DNA of 64,000 nt, taken from contig OX597832.1 of the NCBI GenBank assembly GCA_951406725.2, positions 57,350,001 to 57,414,000 of the forward strand, written 5' to 3'. A program made the position numbers and the translations under genes. This DNA comes from Octopus vulgaris. Taxonomy: Eukaryota. The notes under the pieces were generated by a model that was not told where the DNA came from, ran no database searches, and saw nothing but the letters and a program-made list of their open reading frames with translations. Shown in pieces: positions 37,945 to 53,092 of the stretch (positions are counted from its first letter, which is position 1; every line of letters starts with the position of its first letter).

Positions 37945-39052
37945 CCATCACCATCATCACCACTACCACCATCATCATCTTTATCATTATCATCATCGTC
38001 ATAACCACCACCACCATCACCATCACCATCATTATCATCATCATCCTCACCATCATCATCAGCATCATCATTTCCTTTGCTTGCATCACATTGTACTGGT
38101 GGGTGGGGGGGACGGGGACGTTATTCAAGCACACAAGTATTGACACTAGTTGCTATCCTTTTGTCGTTGCCCCTTCAGATCTGTGCGTTCCTGTGTATTC
38201 CTGTATCTTCCTCTTTCCCTCGTCCATTCCCACCGGAACAACTTGGCACTCCTCCATTCCTCTGTCATCCTTCATATGCATCACATGTCTGTACCAGCGC
38301 AGTCTCTTCTCTCTCCCCTCCCCCTCCCCATTTCCCCTCTCCCCTCTCCCTGCTCTCCCTTTCCTCCTTTCTCTCTTTTGCACATTACATCCGATTCTTC
38401 ACCTCTATTTTCTTCTCCCAGCTCATCTGTCCTCTGCCGTTCATGCAAACTAACGTAGCACATTCAGTAGAGCACGCCTGCCTAATTCCTATCCAGTCTT
38501 TACACAGCCTTTATATTTCCAGTATCCATGTTCCACTGCCATGTAGCATCGCACTTTGCTAACAAGCATCAGAGTCAGCCCTTCACTTGGAGAAAAAGAG
38601 AGAGAGAGAGAGAGAGAGAGCGTTTCTTTGTTGAAAGAGTTCAGTTACTATCAAAGCGGGTTTAACAGCCTGTTAGACAATAATTTAACCAGTAAAGCAA
38701 ACTTGATATTCCTTAATGGTTTCTTGGATAAAGATTTCAAGGTTCAGTACACCAGACTTAAAATCATTTTTGAGTCTTCCTTTAACTCCCATGAATCATT
38801 CCGTTTCTTTAAATTCCTGAATAAGGGAAATACACCGAACGTGTAAAAAGAATTCAGAAATTATGAACCTTTGCAGTTCAGTTTTGAACTGAATAATGAT
38901 CAGTTTAAGTGGCCCCACTTTTGTGCTGGGGTGTGGTGTCTGTCTGGTTTGTTTGTTTCATTTTGATGATAAGGGCTGGAGATATATTGAGATGTAGAAG
39001 CTCCCTACTCTATTTTTGACAATGGAAGGAAATGGTTTCAAGTGCTGGTTTC

Positions 39053-39097
<45 letters not shown>

Positions 39098-39143
39098 TAA
39101 TAAATAACATATATGCATACATACATACATATATGTACGTACC

Positions 39144-39175
<32 letters not shown>

Positions 39176-39299
39176 CCTATATATATATATATATATATAT
39201 AGTGTAATAAATAACATATATGCATACATACATACATATATGTACGTACCTATATATATATATATATATATACATACCTATATATATATATATATATAT

Positions 39300-40192
39300 A
39301 TGGAGCTGGTCAAAAGTCACCTGACAGTAAATCAAACCCCATTTAATTCTAAGAAGGAAACAAAAAATTATTTTGTATGCGACTTTGCTAATAAATAGAC
39401 AAATGTTGAAATTAGAAAAGAACTCGGAGAGGGCAGACCTCTGCCAAGCAGCTCATTTCCACCTATATACAAGCATGCTGAAAATCGCCCAATTTCCCAA
39501 ACCAACGCTGGCAAAAACATAACCTCCTTAGCAGGGGTTAAAAAAAATATTAACACAGCCATATGTTTAAAAAAAAAAACCCTTTAAAAACAGGAATCAT
39601 CTGAAGCAGTTATAATACATCAATGACAACAGCAAGCTTGTTTCACCATACAACTAAAAAGAAACAACAATTTCCTAAAACTTGAGTGATACACACCCAA
39701 CGCGAGTAAAATTACTAATAGAGAAACGAAAATAAACTTTGGAAACAGCAACGCCACCATAGGTTACGTTGAGACGACGAACGTGTTTTCAAGGGAGATA
39801 ATCAAAGAACGTAACATTGTAATACTTAATGTAAAGAAAATATAACAAATGAAAAATCCTTCAAGAATCGATAAAAATCATCGGGTCTCTACCAAAATTT
39901 CATCATCTGTTCCTTGTGTCATTACCAACTTTCCCTGCAAGTTTCATCAAATACCGTTCACTACTTTTTGAGTTATTTTGCACACAGACAGACAGATCGA
40001 CAGATGTGCAAACCAATGCTGATGAAAACATAACCCCCTTTCTTGGTGGAGGTAAAAGAAAAAAAAAATTGGTGATTTTAACTCACAGCATTCATTTATT
40101 AAACATTCGTAATTGGAATGAATAAATAAAATTGAATATTAAGTATTTATGTGGTTTTGATTGACTATCGGGTGACTTTTGGCCATTCCTAT
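39300..40192. mobile_element. TA-flanked non-autonomous DNA transposon (Tc1/mariner-like TIRs) containing HINE-like fragments
   Basis: Left tggtcaaaagtcacctgacagtaaatcaaa matches the reverse complement of the right end (tggccaaaagtcacccgatagtcaatcaaa); internal aaaacataacc..ggaggtaa motifs at ~39515 and ~40025. Confidence 0.65.
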
Positions 40193-40539
40193 ATGCATGA
40201 AGGGTTCTGAAAAGTTCCTTGACAGGGTTTCTATGACCGGATGCCCTTCCTAATGCCAACCACTTTACAGAGTGTACTGGGTGCTTTTACGTGGCACTGC
40301 AGGTGTCACATGGGTGCTTTTATTTAGTACTGTACAGGTTCTTTTACATATATATATATTTATATCGTTGGTGATTTTCTTTCTCCGTCTTCCCTACTTT
40401 TACTATATTTCTGATGAAGAGCTCTGCTCAAAACATGAAATCCTCTTTCTTTACTTTCCTTTCCTGAGTGTCCAGTAACACAGTACTTGTTCCACGTCCT
40501 TGCATTGTTGTTTTTTCTTGCTTGTTCTTCTTTGGATTG

Positions 40540-40588
<49 letters not shown>

Positions 40589-40823
40589 TTCTATGTATTT
40601 TACCACTGGTATATTTGTCATATATAACAGTGGTAAAATATATGTATATATATATATATACACACACGCACACACACACATATATATATCAGTATATATG
40701 TCATATATATACCAGTGGTATCATATAAGAATTGAATGGTCTTCTTTCATCTTGCCCAAGATTTAATCATAGCAGGGGAGGGGGTGGGGGTGCAGAATGT
40801 AATATTTAAAAAATTTATTTATT

Positions 40824-40865
<42 letters not shown>

Positions 40866-41984
40866 ACATTTAACATTCGCACCAAAGTAAATCAATCAGA
40901 AAATTCTCTGTCAGAAAAGCATTAATATCGCAGGGGAAAGAAGAACTCCAATTCCATTTGATATTCTAGTCAAATTGATGGAGTGCATTGAGCCTAATCT
41001 ATTGTTATTAGCAGATAACATTTAATGCTTTTTTTTCTTCTTTTCCTTGCATAACTCGGTTAAATATATAAAAATAATTGACAATTTTCACATAATCAGC
41101 TCTAAAACACAAGCCAGCATACTTAGAAGTTTTTTGATTTCTTTCATTCGAGAAGTTTATTAATTTAACAAATGTTCTACTTTGATAGTATCTTCTGCGA
41201 GGTACAAAATGAAAAAAAAAAAAAGAAAACTAAAAAAAAAAAAACAACAAAAGGAGAAAAATGCTGTATGAAAACAAATATTTCTGTAATTAAATTTCAG
41301 TTCTATTGAAAGGAAAAAATATTATACTTTCTTTGTGTTTGTTTATTAATGAAGTTTCTTTGTAGATATTTTAATACATAACGATTAATATCTTACCACT
41401 AGGTATTTTAAAGTTTAAATCAGTAAACGGTAACGGTGATGGTGGTGCCCCAGCATGGCAACAGCCCACCAGCTGAAACCAGTCGGAACGTAATGATTTT
41501 AATAGAAATAGTAACAATCCTTTCTACTACACGCTCTAAGCCTGAGATTTTGCGTGCAGGCTTTAGTTGATTACATTGATGCTAGTATTCAACTGGTGCT
41601 TATTCTGTTGGCCCTTTAAAGACAAGAGGCAAAGCTGGCCTCGGTGGCATTTGAACTCGGAACTTAAAGCCAGGAGAAATGCTGCTGGGCATTTTGTATG
41701 GTGTGTTAAAGATTCTGTCAGCTCACAACCTTAACGATGCCCAATATCAGGCAGTGGCTCTCATGGGTTCTGATCTTCTTGACTGATTGGAAGTGTTATC
41801 TTATACATTGTTTTGCCTTCTTCTTCTTTTTCTTCTTCTTCTTCTTCTTCTTCTTCTTCTTCTTCTTCTTCTTCTTCTTCTTCTTCTTCTTCTTCTTCTT
41901 CCCCCCCCCTCCCTTTTCCTCCTTCCCCTCCGCTTCCTCTTCCTACCCCTTCTTTCTCCTTCCTTCTCCCTTGCTCCAATGGGA

Positions 41985-42330
41985 AGTGTTATCATGTACA
42001 TTGTTTTGTCTTGGTATAAAAGATGGGCTACAGCAAATGTTCTGCTCAATACCACAGTTTTGCTTGTCAGTTGTTTGACCTTAACCAGAGGAATTCTTTG
42101 GGGTTTGGATAATTCACCTCTGGGTGAATTCACATGGGTTTTTTGTTCATCATCCTTAAATAACTCTTATTCAGGGACCTTTTGAGTAGAATGGGCTGCA
42201 CGACCTGAAGAAAAATTCTAACTGGGCCCCACCTGCAAGGTCAATTGCTGTTTATCTTGATACGAGATCACCATGTCGTGCACATATTGTTGTGATGCAT
42301 GTACTTGGCGTACCTTTATCAGACAGGTAG
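41985..42330 (-). repeat. Interspersed repeat, also present at 60895-61345 (+) and partially at 61383-61490
   Basis: Shared ccttgca(a)ggtggggccc.agttagaattt..caaaaggtccctgaataag..ggttaaggtca.acaactgacaag..gtattgagcaga. Confidence 0.75.
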
Positions 42331-42914
42331 TCCTCCTCCATTTGTAACAAATGCTTATGAAAACTATGCACGAAACAATTACAACCAAATGTTTCTGTAT
42401 CTTTGTCGGTTCATATGCTTTTAAGAAATTAAGTCAATCATTTTATATCGCAATCAAAAAGCAGAAGATAGTTTTAAAGGTTTTTTTTGTTAGATTTCAG
42501 TGATTTGTTTCTTCTTGCTTTTGTTTTTTTCATATTGTCAGCCACAAACGCTTTGGACTTATAACCTCAAATTTGTTGACACAAGAAATAAACTTTCTCA
42601 TTAAGGTGTTAAATACATATTCCACACACTTGCATTTCGTTTGGTGAGGAAGAAAATGAGGAAAAAGACGCATAATAAAAAAACCTTACCGAAAGATCGA
42701 ATGCTGTAGTCGTTTAAAAGTAAAAGCATATTTTCTCAATGTTCAAACATAGCATATTCGTAAACCTAATAAATAAAATTAGATTGAAGTGTTCAAATAG
42801 ATTTTAAGCTTTTGCTTTCTTTGTTTTGTTGGAGGATGATATCTGATGGCAAACTAATATTTTATTAATATTTTCAGTTTGTTTTGTCTATTTGTAAAGA
42901 TTAAATGAATGATA

Positions 42915-43042
42915 TATGTATGTGTGTGCGTATGTATATTTATATATATTTGAGTGTGTGAGTGTCTCTGTGTATATCTATATGTATGTGTGTGTGTTTG
43001 ATATATGTGTATATATATATGTTTATACATATATATATATGA

Positions 43043-43079
<37 letters not shown>

Positions 43080-43703
43080 AAATGTATATGTATATATTTA
43101 TGAACACATGTATGTATATGTATGTATATATGTATGCATATATATGTGTATACATATGTGTGTGTGTGTGTGTATGTATGTATATATATACATATATATA
43201 GCCTCTGATTTAGAGCAATATTTATATTTTATTTATATATTTTATTTATACATTTGTTAATTATATTAATTGAACGTTGCCTATTTTCCAAATAAAATTC
43301 GAAAATTTTCAAGATGCAATAACAACAAACAAACAAGAAAAACAAAGACAGAAGTAAAGCAAGGAATTTATCTCTCTCCCCCACCCCACTCTCCACCCCA
43401 CATTTCCATGAAAAACTCATCCGGCAACACAGTCAGTAGATACACTTCTTGTTGATTTCTTCAAAGAATATATTCTATGATATATAAAATATCAATGGAC
43501 CATTCAGTATATTACAGAAAATAGAAGTTATATGTGTGTGTGTGTGTGTGTGTGCGCGTATGGATCTGTGTGTATGTATATATATATGTGTGTGTTTTCT
43601 ATGTATCTATGTATATATGTGTGTGCGTATGTTTGTGTATATATACATGTACGCATGTGTATATACGTGTGTGTGTGGATGTATATATGTATGTGTGTGT
43701 ATG

Positions 43704-43744
<41 letters not shown>

Positions 43745-44558
43745 ATGTCTGTGTGTGTATATATATATATATGTATATATAGATGTGTATATATGTGTGT
43801 AAGTATATGTGAGTGTGTATATATGTGTATATAATTTTTGCATATATATGTATATTTATGTGTGTGTATATATGCGTGAATTTCTATATGTATATGCATA
43901 TATGCACATATGTATATATTATATACACATGTTCACATGCATGTGTATAAACATACCTGTTACTCTCGTGCGCATATCTACTTAATGTATGCAATCTAAA
44001 CATATTTTTGATATACATACATAAACACATATGTAGATATACATACTAACACACACACACACATGTGTGCGCACACACATGCGTGCGCACACACACACAC
44101 ACACATACACACACACACACATGCAAACACACGCACCACACATTTAACTACAGACTATTATTTCTTATGAAGATTATAGAGTTTAGCTGTAGTTATGGTT
44201 TTAAAGAAATTCATTATGTCTTATACAGACTCTAAATATGATCTCATTAAAAATAGTTGACTTATCATAAGAAGTTTGAGCGGTGCGTGTATTTTGTGTG
44301 TTTGTATATTTATGTATGTGTATGCATACATGCACATGTGTGTGTTTGTGTGTGTGAGCATGTGTGTATATGTATCTATGTATATATATATATCTATACA
44401 TATATGTATGTATATATGCCTGTGTGCTTGTATGTATGTAAATATATACATATATATGTGTGCGTGTGAGTGTACATATATGTATATATATATATATTTT
44501 TATACATATATGTATGTTTATGTATATATCTCTACCTATCTATCTATCTATCTATCTA

Positions 44559-44602
<44 letters not shown>

Positions 44603-44800
44603 TACATATATGTATGTGTATATATACATATGTTCATACATATATTTATGTCTGTGTATATATATATAGATATATGTATTCATACATATATGTATGTATA
44701 TATATATATATGTGTGTGTGTGTGTATGTATTTATACATACATGCATACATATATGTATATATATATATATATAGGTATACATGTATGTATGTATATGAC
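42915..44800. repeat. Degenerate (TA/TG/CA)n fields; similar fields at 150-600, 47690-48300, 50100-51960, 53930-54830, 56160-56570, 58790-59480, 61760-62580 and 63420-64000
   Basis: Purine-pyrimidine alternation visible throughout. Confidence 0.95.
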
Positions 44801-45149
44801 TGTATAAAAGTGCATGAAAGTCATGCCTCTCTTCCTTGTACTCCATGGGTTGTGCTGTTGCTCTGTCTATTTTCTGTTCTTTTTCTGTCTTGCAGCTAAC
44901 TTAGTCACCTCTCTAGTGCTGGTGCCGAGAAAAATATGCACCCCATACACTCTGTAGGGTTGTTGGCATTAGAAAGGGCTTCCACCTGTAGAAAACATGC
45001 CAAAAAGTTAATGGTTCTTGGAACAACACTGTGGCTTGCTTGATCTTGTCAAATCATTGAGCCCTTATAAACATAGAAAATAATGATGATGATGATGATG
45101 ATGATACCGCCTGTCTGTCCCTCGTGCCAGTGGCAATCCTTTTGCAGAT

Positions 45150-45600
45150 TACCTTGATGATTGAAGATAGTTACCTCCACTTTGTGGCTGGTGGTTTCAG
45201 TGAATGCATTGCACAAAAACCTGTTGGATTCCATGGTGTACATAGAAAGTATGACTTTGTTTCTAGAAATGAAGTGGAAAGACAGTTCTTTGAGTTCTGT
45301 GATGAAAATGATCTGATGATGTACAAGACTAACTTCAGAAATCAGCTCATCACCCGATCACCTGTCAATTTGGTGTGCACAGAAGCCAAAATAACTAGGT
45401 TGGCACCAAATAGACAGATGGTTGTAAATATCAAGTTCTTCCCTGGTGAAGAACGTATAACCCAACATAGGTCAGTGGCGAGCTGACTTCACAGTTTTGA
45501 AGGATCAAAGACACAAGTTTGTCTGGTAAAGAAAGATATGAAAGCTTAAAGCTCTAGTGAACTGCCAGAAATTTAGAGAAGTATTATTTGAAGTATTTTG
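45150..45600 (+). mobile_element. Decayed RTE-type AP endonuclease fragment
   Basis: GFHGVH..SRNEV..FEFCDENDLMMYKTNFR..FPGEE..QHRSV matches RTE APE domain motifs. Confidence 0.7.
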
Positions 45601-45663
45601 ATTAGGAGTAGGAGGTGAGAGAGAACATTGTCCATCAGAAAAATTTAAGTAAGCAGAAATATA

Positions 45664-46066
45664 GGATCTTTTCGGTTTGAATGGCAGGTTTTTCTAGTGG
45701 TGTCATATGAAATTGTTACCCCTAATTATGATCCTAGTATCGATCTATTGCATTTCAATCTGTTTTAGGGTTAGGGTTAGTTAGGGTTAGGGGGAAAGGT
45801 ATATTTTTTTTCTTCACAAATGTAAATAAACCCAATCTGTTTCTTAAACGAGGGACATATTCATACGGCACAGAATGTTTTTTACCTCAGTAGACGTCAG
45901 TGATTGGTTAAAATTGCAGAAATTGAAGAAAAAAAACAACAAATATCTTACAAACTATAGAATTTTCTCAATAAAGCCAAGAGAAAAAGCTGTTTTATAA
46001 ACACATTCTACCAGTATACGAAGTTTAAAATTATGTTAAAAACTGCCGTTCAAAACGAAAAGATCC
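45664..46066. mobile_element. MITE with ~28-bp TIRs and an internal TTAGGG tract
   Basis: ggatcttttcggtttgaatggcag at 45664 and ctgccgttcaaaacgaaaagatcc ending 46066; ttagggttagggttagttagggttaggg at ~45765-45792. Confidence 0.8.
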
Positions 46067-46819
46067 AAAATATTTATCTAGGGTGAGTAAAATTCCCAAG
46101 ATCCATGGATGAGTTCTCTCCAACGGTCCTTGTCTCTCACCATTGCTGCCATGTCCTGCCTCTCCCAGAGACCAATGTCTGTCCTTAGGGCATCGATGTA
46201 TGTCATCCTCAGTCTCCCTCTTTGAGTGTATCCATGATATGTACCCTGCTTAAGGGTTGCAATCTGTGTGGTTTAGAAGTTCACTTCCCAACCACATGGG
46301 TTCATGTTCAATCCCACTGCATGGCACCTTGGATAAATTCCTTCCATTATAGCCCCAGGCTGACAAAGACCTTGTGTGTGGATTTAGTAAATGGAAACTG
46401 AAAGAAGTTCATTGTGTCATCATCATAATCATCATCATCAATACTATTTGATGTCGATCTTCCATGCTCGTATGGGTTGGACAGTTTGACAGTATCCAAA
46501 GAGCCGAGGAAAGTGGACATTAAATTGGTGATGATGAGGATGATGACGACGACATTGATGATGGTTATGATGATGGTGATGATGATGAGTATGATGATGA
46601 TGATGATGATAATGATTTGATTTCTACAGCTTGATGACTTCCTAATGTCAACCACTTAGAATATTGGTGGGGCTTTTTGTAGGGCACTGGAACTAGTTAG
46701 GCCATCAAGTAACTTAGAAGACAAAAAGCTCCTTAACTGCTTGACTGAGTGGTGGTGAGAGAGTGAAAGAGAAGGCTTTGTGCCTTGTGTTGAGAGGCTG
46801 TTTACATAATATCTATTTT

Positions 46820-47178
46820 TTATCTTTTACTTGTTTCAGTCATTAGATTGTGGCCATGCTGGAGCACTACCTTGAAGATGTATTTTTGGTTTTGTTTTTA
46901 GCCTGGTACTTATTCTATCAGACTCTTTTGCTGAACTGCCAAGTTATGGAGATGTAAACACACCAACTCTGGTTGTCATGTAGTGGTGAAGGAGACACAC
47001 AAACACACTCACATTGAGGGCTTCTTCCAGTTTCCACCTACAAAATTTACTCACAAGGCTTTGGTTGACTTGAGGCTATAGTAGAAAAAACTTGCCCGAG
47101 GTGTCACACAGTAGGACTGAACCTGGAACCATGTGGTTGGGAAGCAAGCTTCTTACTACACAGCTATGCCTGCACCTA
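46820..47178 (-). mobile_element. SINE family A copy
   Basis: Reverse complement of family A. Confidence 0.8.
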
Positions 47179-47730
47179 TGTGTGTGTGTCCGTGTGTCCC
47201 CCCCTTTGTGTTGACATAAGATAATCAGTATAATAGTTTGTGAATGTCTCCATTGTCATTCATTTCCATCCTTCTCTGGAAACATGATCAGCCATTGAGA
47301 AATACTACCTTGCTTGGAGAGAGGTAAAGGTTGGTGATGGGAAGAGCATCCGGCGGTAGAAAAAAAACTGCCTCAACAAAAATTCGTCTGACTCATGCCA
47401 GCTGAGGAAACTGGACGTTAAAATGGTGATGATGAGGACGACAACATTGATAATGATGAGGATGACATTGATGATGGTAGTGATGATGTTGATGACACTG
47501 ATGGTTGTTATGATAATGGTGATGATGATGATGATGATAACGGTGATAATGATGAATGTGATGGTGATGACGATGACAATGATGATGAAGGTGATGATGA
47601 TGACCTACTTAGAAGTTCAGTTCTTAACTTCACTTCATAGCGCCATACATCACAGCGGTAAGGCAAAATAATACTGCATATTTGTATCTATGCATACATA
47701 TGATGTGTACTGAAATGTATACATACATGT

Positions 47731-47764
<34 letters not shown>

Positions 47765-47869
47765 TCACACTCATACTCACACCTACCACGCAGATGTGTT
47801 TAAAAATTTCTGTCTTTTACTTTTTCTGAAAATATGAAATTCTGAAATATCCCTGCTAACTTTAAAGTA

Positions 47870-47912
<43 letters not shown>

Positions 47913-48126
47913 GCATGTGTATGTATGTGTATTTCTGTATGCCTGTATATGTTTGCATATATATAGGTGTGTGTGTAAATGTATGTATGTATATATATTT
48001 GTGTGTATATGTATGTATATGTTTATATATATTCATATATATATATTATATAAATATATACATACATGCATATATATGTACATATATATATATATATATA
48101 TACATGTATCATATATAAACATATGT

Positions 48127-48168
<42 letters not shown>

Positions 48169-50150
48169 ATACTGGGAGAAAGAAACGAAACGAATATATA
48201 TATATATATATATATATAAATATATTCAAATATAAATATATGTATATATATATATATATGCATCCATATATATATGCATTTATAGACAGACATACACACT
48301 GATTGGCAATAAAGTTTGTGACTGAAGTAGGTATTTTTCCGATTTAAAATAAAAATAATGAAAAAAAAAGGAAACAAAACTAATAACGTAAAAAAACAAA
48401 GAAAGTAGAAGAAACGGTTTTTTTTTTGTCTTTTTGTTTAGTTTTGAGACCCTCTTATTCCCAGGTGGAATGCTTTTAACTGAAATAAACCAGTTCCAAT
48501 CCCCCTTTAGTTGCAATCTCTGCGAATCCATGGGGTGACATTCTTTACATATTTCAACCGATACTTAAGTAAGCACCCCAGGAGGTAAAAATGGTAGATG
48601 TTTTAGATCATTAAAGCCTATTCAGTGAAAATAGTTTCTGCCATCCCTCGCACCGGCCCTCCTGCCCTCCACCTCCCATCCCACTCCACCCCACGCTTCA
48701 TCATTACCAGCATCATCATCATCACCACTATCATCTTCGTCGGCAACATCGTTGTTGTCATCATCATCGCCATCATCGTCGTCGTCGTCAGCATCATTAT
48801 CATCATCATCATCGTCGTCATCATCACCATCATCATCATCATCATCATCATCATCATTATTGTCATCATCATCATCAGCAGCAGCAGCAGCAGCATCATC
48901 ATCATCAGTAGCAGCAGCCTCAGTATCATCACCATTGCCTCTGTGATCAGCAGCACTGTCATCGAATTCACCGTTCTCATCACCACCAACATTATTGCCG
49001 CCACTCCATCATCATCATTATCATCATCACCAACATCACTGCCACCACCATGACCACCACCATTACTGACATCCACATCGTCATCATTACCACTATCATC
49101 ATCAGCATTGCCGTCATCAACTTCATCATCTACATCGTCTTCATCGTCAGGGTTATTGCTGTCAGTGTCCGTCATCAACATCATCACTCTCATCGTCATC
49201 ATCAATCAATGTCATCATTTATCATCTCCGTCCCTGCCGCTGTCATCATTGTCATCATTGTCATCATCATCATCCTCCTCCTCATCATCATTATCTTCAT
49301 TTCTGTTAGCATTATCGTCACCTTACCATCACTACCACCATTACCACCATCATCAACATCATCATTACTGCTGGCATTATCATCACCTTACCACCACCAC
49401 CACCAACACTACCACCACCACTGCAAACACCACTGCAATTACCACCACCACCACTGCAATCACCACTGCAATTACCACCACCATCACCACCACCACCATC
49501 AACACTACCACCACCACTGCAATCACCACTGCAATTACCACCACCACCACCAGCATTACAGTCACCAGTGATGCCACTGCTACCACTATCTCCATCATCA
49601 CCACCACTACAACCACTACTGATGCCACCACACCAGCACCTCCACTACCACCACCACCACCACCACCATTCTCACCTCACGCACCCCGGCCCCACCAAGT
49701 GGTATTGTTAGATACTTTACCTCCTTGTCACCTCGAAACTCACCAGCATGATTATCATTCAACGTCTTTATTCTTTTACTTCCATTCCTTTTTTTTAAAT
49801 TTTTTTCAAAAAAATAAAATAAATTTAAATTCATTTCTTTATCCCTTTTCCCCCTCCCCTTTTATTTATATGCATACCTTAGAACTGCCTTTCCTTGTTT
49901 GGTGTTTTTTTTCTCTTTTTGTTTCCTTTTTTTTTTTCTCCTTCTTTGCATAGATAGGTTAGGTGTGTTGGCCTCCCAGCCCATGTGCTGACATTGTTTT
50001 CCTTGGATATTTCACTGTAACAATTGACAAATTCTCCTGTAATCATTCATTAATTCAGATCATAAGAGCTCACAGCTTACCCCCTACCCACCTTGCCTTT
50101 ATATATATATATACACACACACCTATATATACATGCATATATATATATAT

Positions 50151-50181
<31 letters not shown>

Positions 50182-50675
50182 CCTATATGCATATATATAT
50201 ATACAGATAGAAATATATACATATATATACATATATGTATGCATGTATGTGTGTGTGTGTGTGTATATATGTGTGTTTGTGTGTGTGTGTATATATACAT
50301 ATATATATGTATATATATATATAAATATGTGTATATATATGTTTACATATATATGTATGTATATATATATGTGTGTATATATATATATATGTATATATAT
50401 ATTTGTATATATGAATGTATATAAATGTATATATATATGTGTGTATATATATATGTATATATGTGTATATATATTTATATATATGAATGTATATAAATGT
50501 ATATATATATATATGTGTGTATATATATATATATATATGTGTGTATCTATATGTGTGTATATATATTTGTGTGTATATATATATATATGTGTGTGTATCT
50601 ATATATGTGTATGTATATATATTTGTGTGTATACGTATATATATATATATATATGTGTATATATATGTGTGTATA

Positions 50676-50722
<47 letters not shown>

Positions 50723-51068
50723 GTAGGTCTAATTTACTATTTATAGTTACATATATTTTTTTTCCTGAAAATATTTTTCTATTTTATCTCACTTTCTCTG
50801 TATTTGATTATTTTGTTTTGTTCTTTTTTTTGGGGGGGGGGGTTGAAATTATGTATTTTTTTTCTGTGTTTGGTGGTGGTGGCGATGGTGGGTGGTGGGG
50901 AGAAAATTGCCTTGATATATTTATTTATCTATTTATCTCCCCCTGATTTGTATTCACTGTCTAAGCAGCGAATTACATAAATAACTGTGAATTGAAGTAA
51001 AATTTACATGAATGGGGCAAATTGGTGAACACACACATACACACACACACACACACACACGTGTATAT

Positions 51069-51110
<42 letters not shown>

Positions 51111-52229
51111 ATACACACACTCATATACATATTGTTACATGTATATAAATATATAGATATGCAGATATATAAATACATAGGAATATGTATGTATGTGCAT
51201 ATACATATATACATGCATATATATGTACACACACATACACACACACATACATACACACATATGTGTGCATGCACATACATATTTATAGAGCAATTCCTTG
51301 ACACATTCATTGAATTTGTCTTTTTATTTTTCATTTTTTTCTTTATTTTTGTCATTTTTCTATTTCTTACCCTCTTTTCAAAAATTGTGGGGGCTTTTCT
51401 TCTTCTTTTTCCTTTCACTTATTTATCATGTTTTTTTTTTGTTTTTTTTTTAATTTTTTTATTATAGAAATTTTGTTATCTTATTTTCCGCATTTCTTCT
51501 TAAGTCTTTTATCTTCGGCAAACTATTTATCACACATATCTACCACTTGCAAAATAAGTTTCATACTTTACCAATCAATCATTGTATCACATGTGCGCGC
51601 ACACACTTGCACACACACACACACGCACACACACACACATGCATATGTATTTATTTCAATAAATGCACATATATGTGTGGTGTGTGTAAATGTGTATATA
51701 TATATATATATATTCCTGCATGAGAATACACTTCTCTCCACACACACATACATACATATATATACATGCACACACACATATTTATATATGTATATAATAT
51801 TCACACAATATATACATTTATAAATAACAATATACATATATAATATGTATATCTATTTCTGGCTATCTGTCTGCCTGTTTCTGTAGCTCTCTACACATCC
51901 ACACTGATCAATGTGTAATTATACATTCATATATATATATGTGTGTGTGAGTGTACGTGCATGCTCTCTCACACACACTCCCGCATTAATGAATTGTGGT
52001 TCACCATATCTATATTTCCCTGTTTTATAGCATCATATTTTAGCAAGGAGTTTCATAGTTTAAACCATCTCCAGATGAATATTTACAAAGCAATGATAAC
52101 TGTAACTCAGTGGATTTGCTGATATAACTCATAAAAATACTTTCAATAATGTAAGAAATTTTGAAGTGAATTTTATTTTAAATGAAATTAAATCCAAATT
52201 ATTATTATTGTTGTTGATTCAGAATGGAT

Positions 52230-53050
52230 TTGAACTTCTCACTAAGATTCATTTTATTTTATCCTTCTTCATTGAGACAAAGTTTATGAAATAGAAATAT
52301 TAAAACATTTTGATTGTACCATGTTTCCAAATGATCACTTAGTGTGATCTCTCTGACATCAGGGTTCTTAATTTCTTACTGGTGTACTTGTGTATTTGAT
52401 CTGATAGTAAATTTCCAGTCTGGCCAGTATACATGTCTTCACAATTTGGGCATTTGATGGAGTAAATCAGATTTCTGCTTTTACTGTTAATATTTACATT
52501 TGTAGCTATTTTTCTTCTGGTTTTCATGTTAATTTAATGACAAGCATGTATAAACTGATGGTTACCACAACGACTGTCATCACACTTAGATAATGTGAAG
52601 TTTTTATTGTTTTTGCTTAGATCTAACTTTGCATTTGTCAATAATTGTTTCAAGTTCTATTTTGGTGATGTTTGCTTTTGAACAAGTGTTCTATCAGCAA
52701 TTAAATATTTTAATGTATTTCTTTGTATTGTAATCAGCAAATTCGAATTAGTGATATTAAAAATATTCTAATCACTTGTATTATATGCGACTATGTATAA
52801 CATACTGTATTCTGGTTTTTCCTTAGGTTACTTGAAGTTGTTCTATACTCTTTACTCTCTTTTACTTGTTTCAGTCATGTGACTGTGCCCATGCTGGAGC
52901 ACCGCCTTTTAGTCGGGCAAATCAACCCCAGGACTTATTCTTTGTAAGCCTAGTACTTGTTCTATTGGTCTCTTTTGCCAAACTGCTAAGTTACGGGGAT
53001 GTAAACATGCCAGCATCGGTTGTCAAGTGATGATGGGGGGAACAAACACA

Positions 53051-53092
<42 letters not shown>

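Noticed and set aside
39092-39300. 108-bp tandem duplication (also 40 bp at 54271-54350 and 25 bp at 29076-29130)
   Set aside because: Ordinary slippage duplications in low-complexity or decayed repeat DNA.
45765-45792. Chromosome end or telomere fusion
   Set aside because: Only about four units, enclosed within a TIR element.
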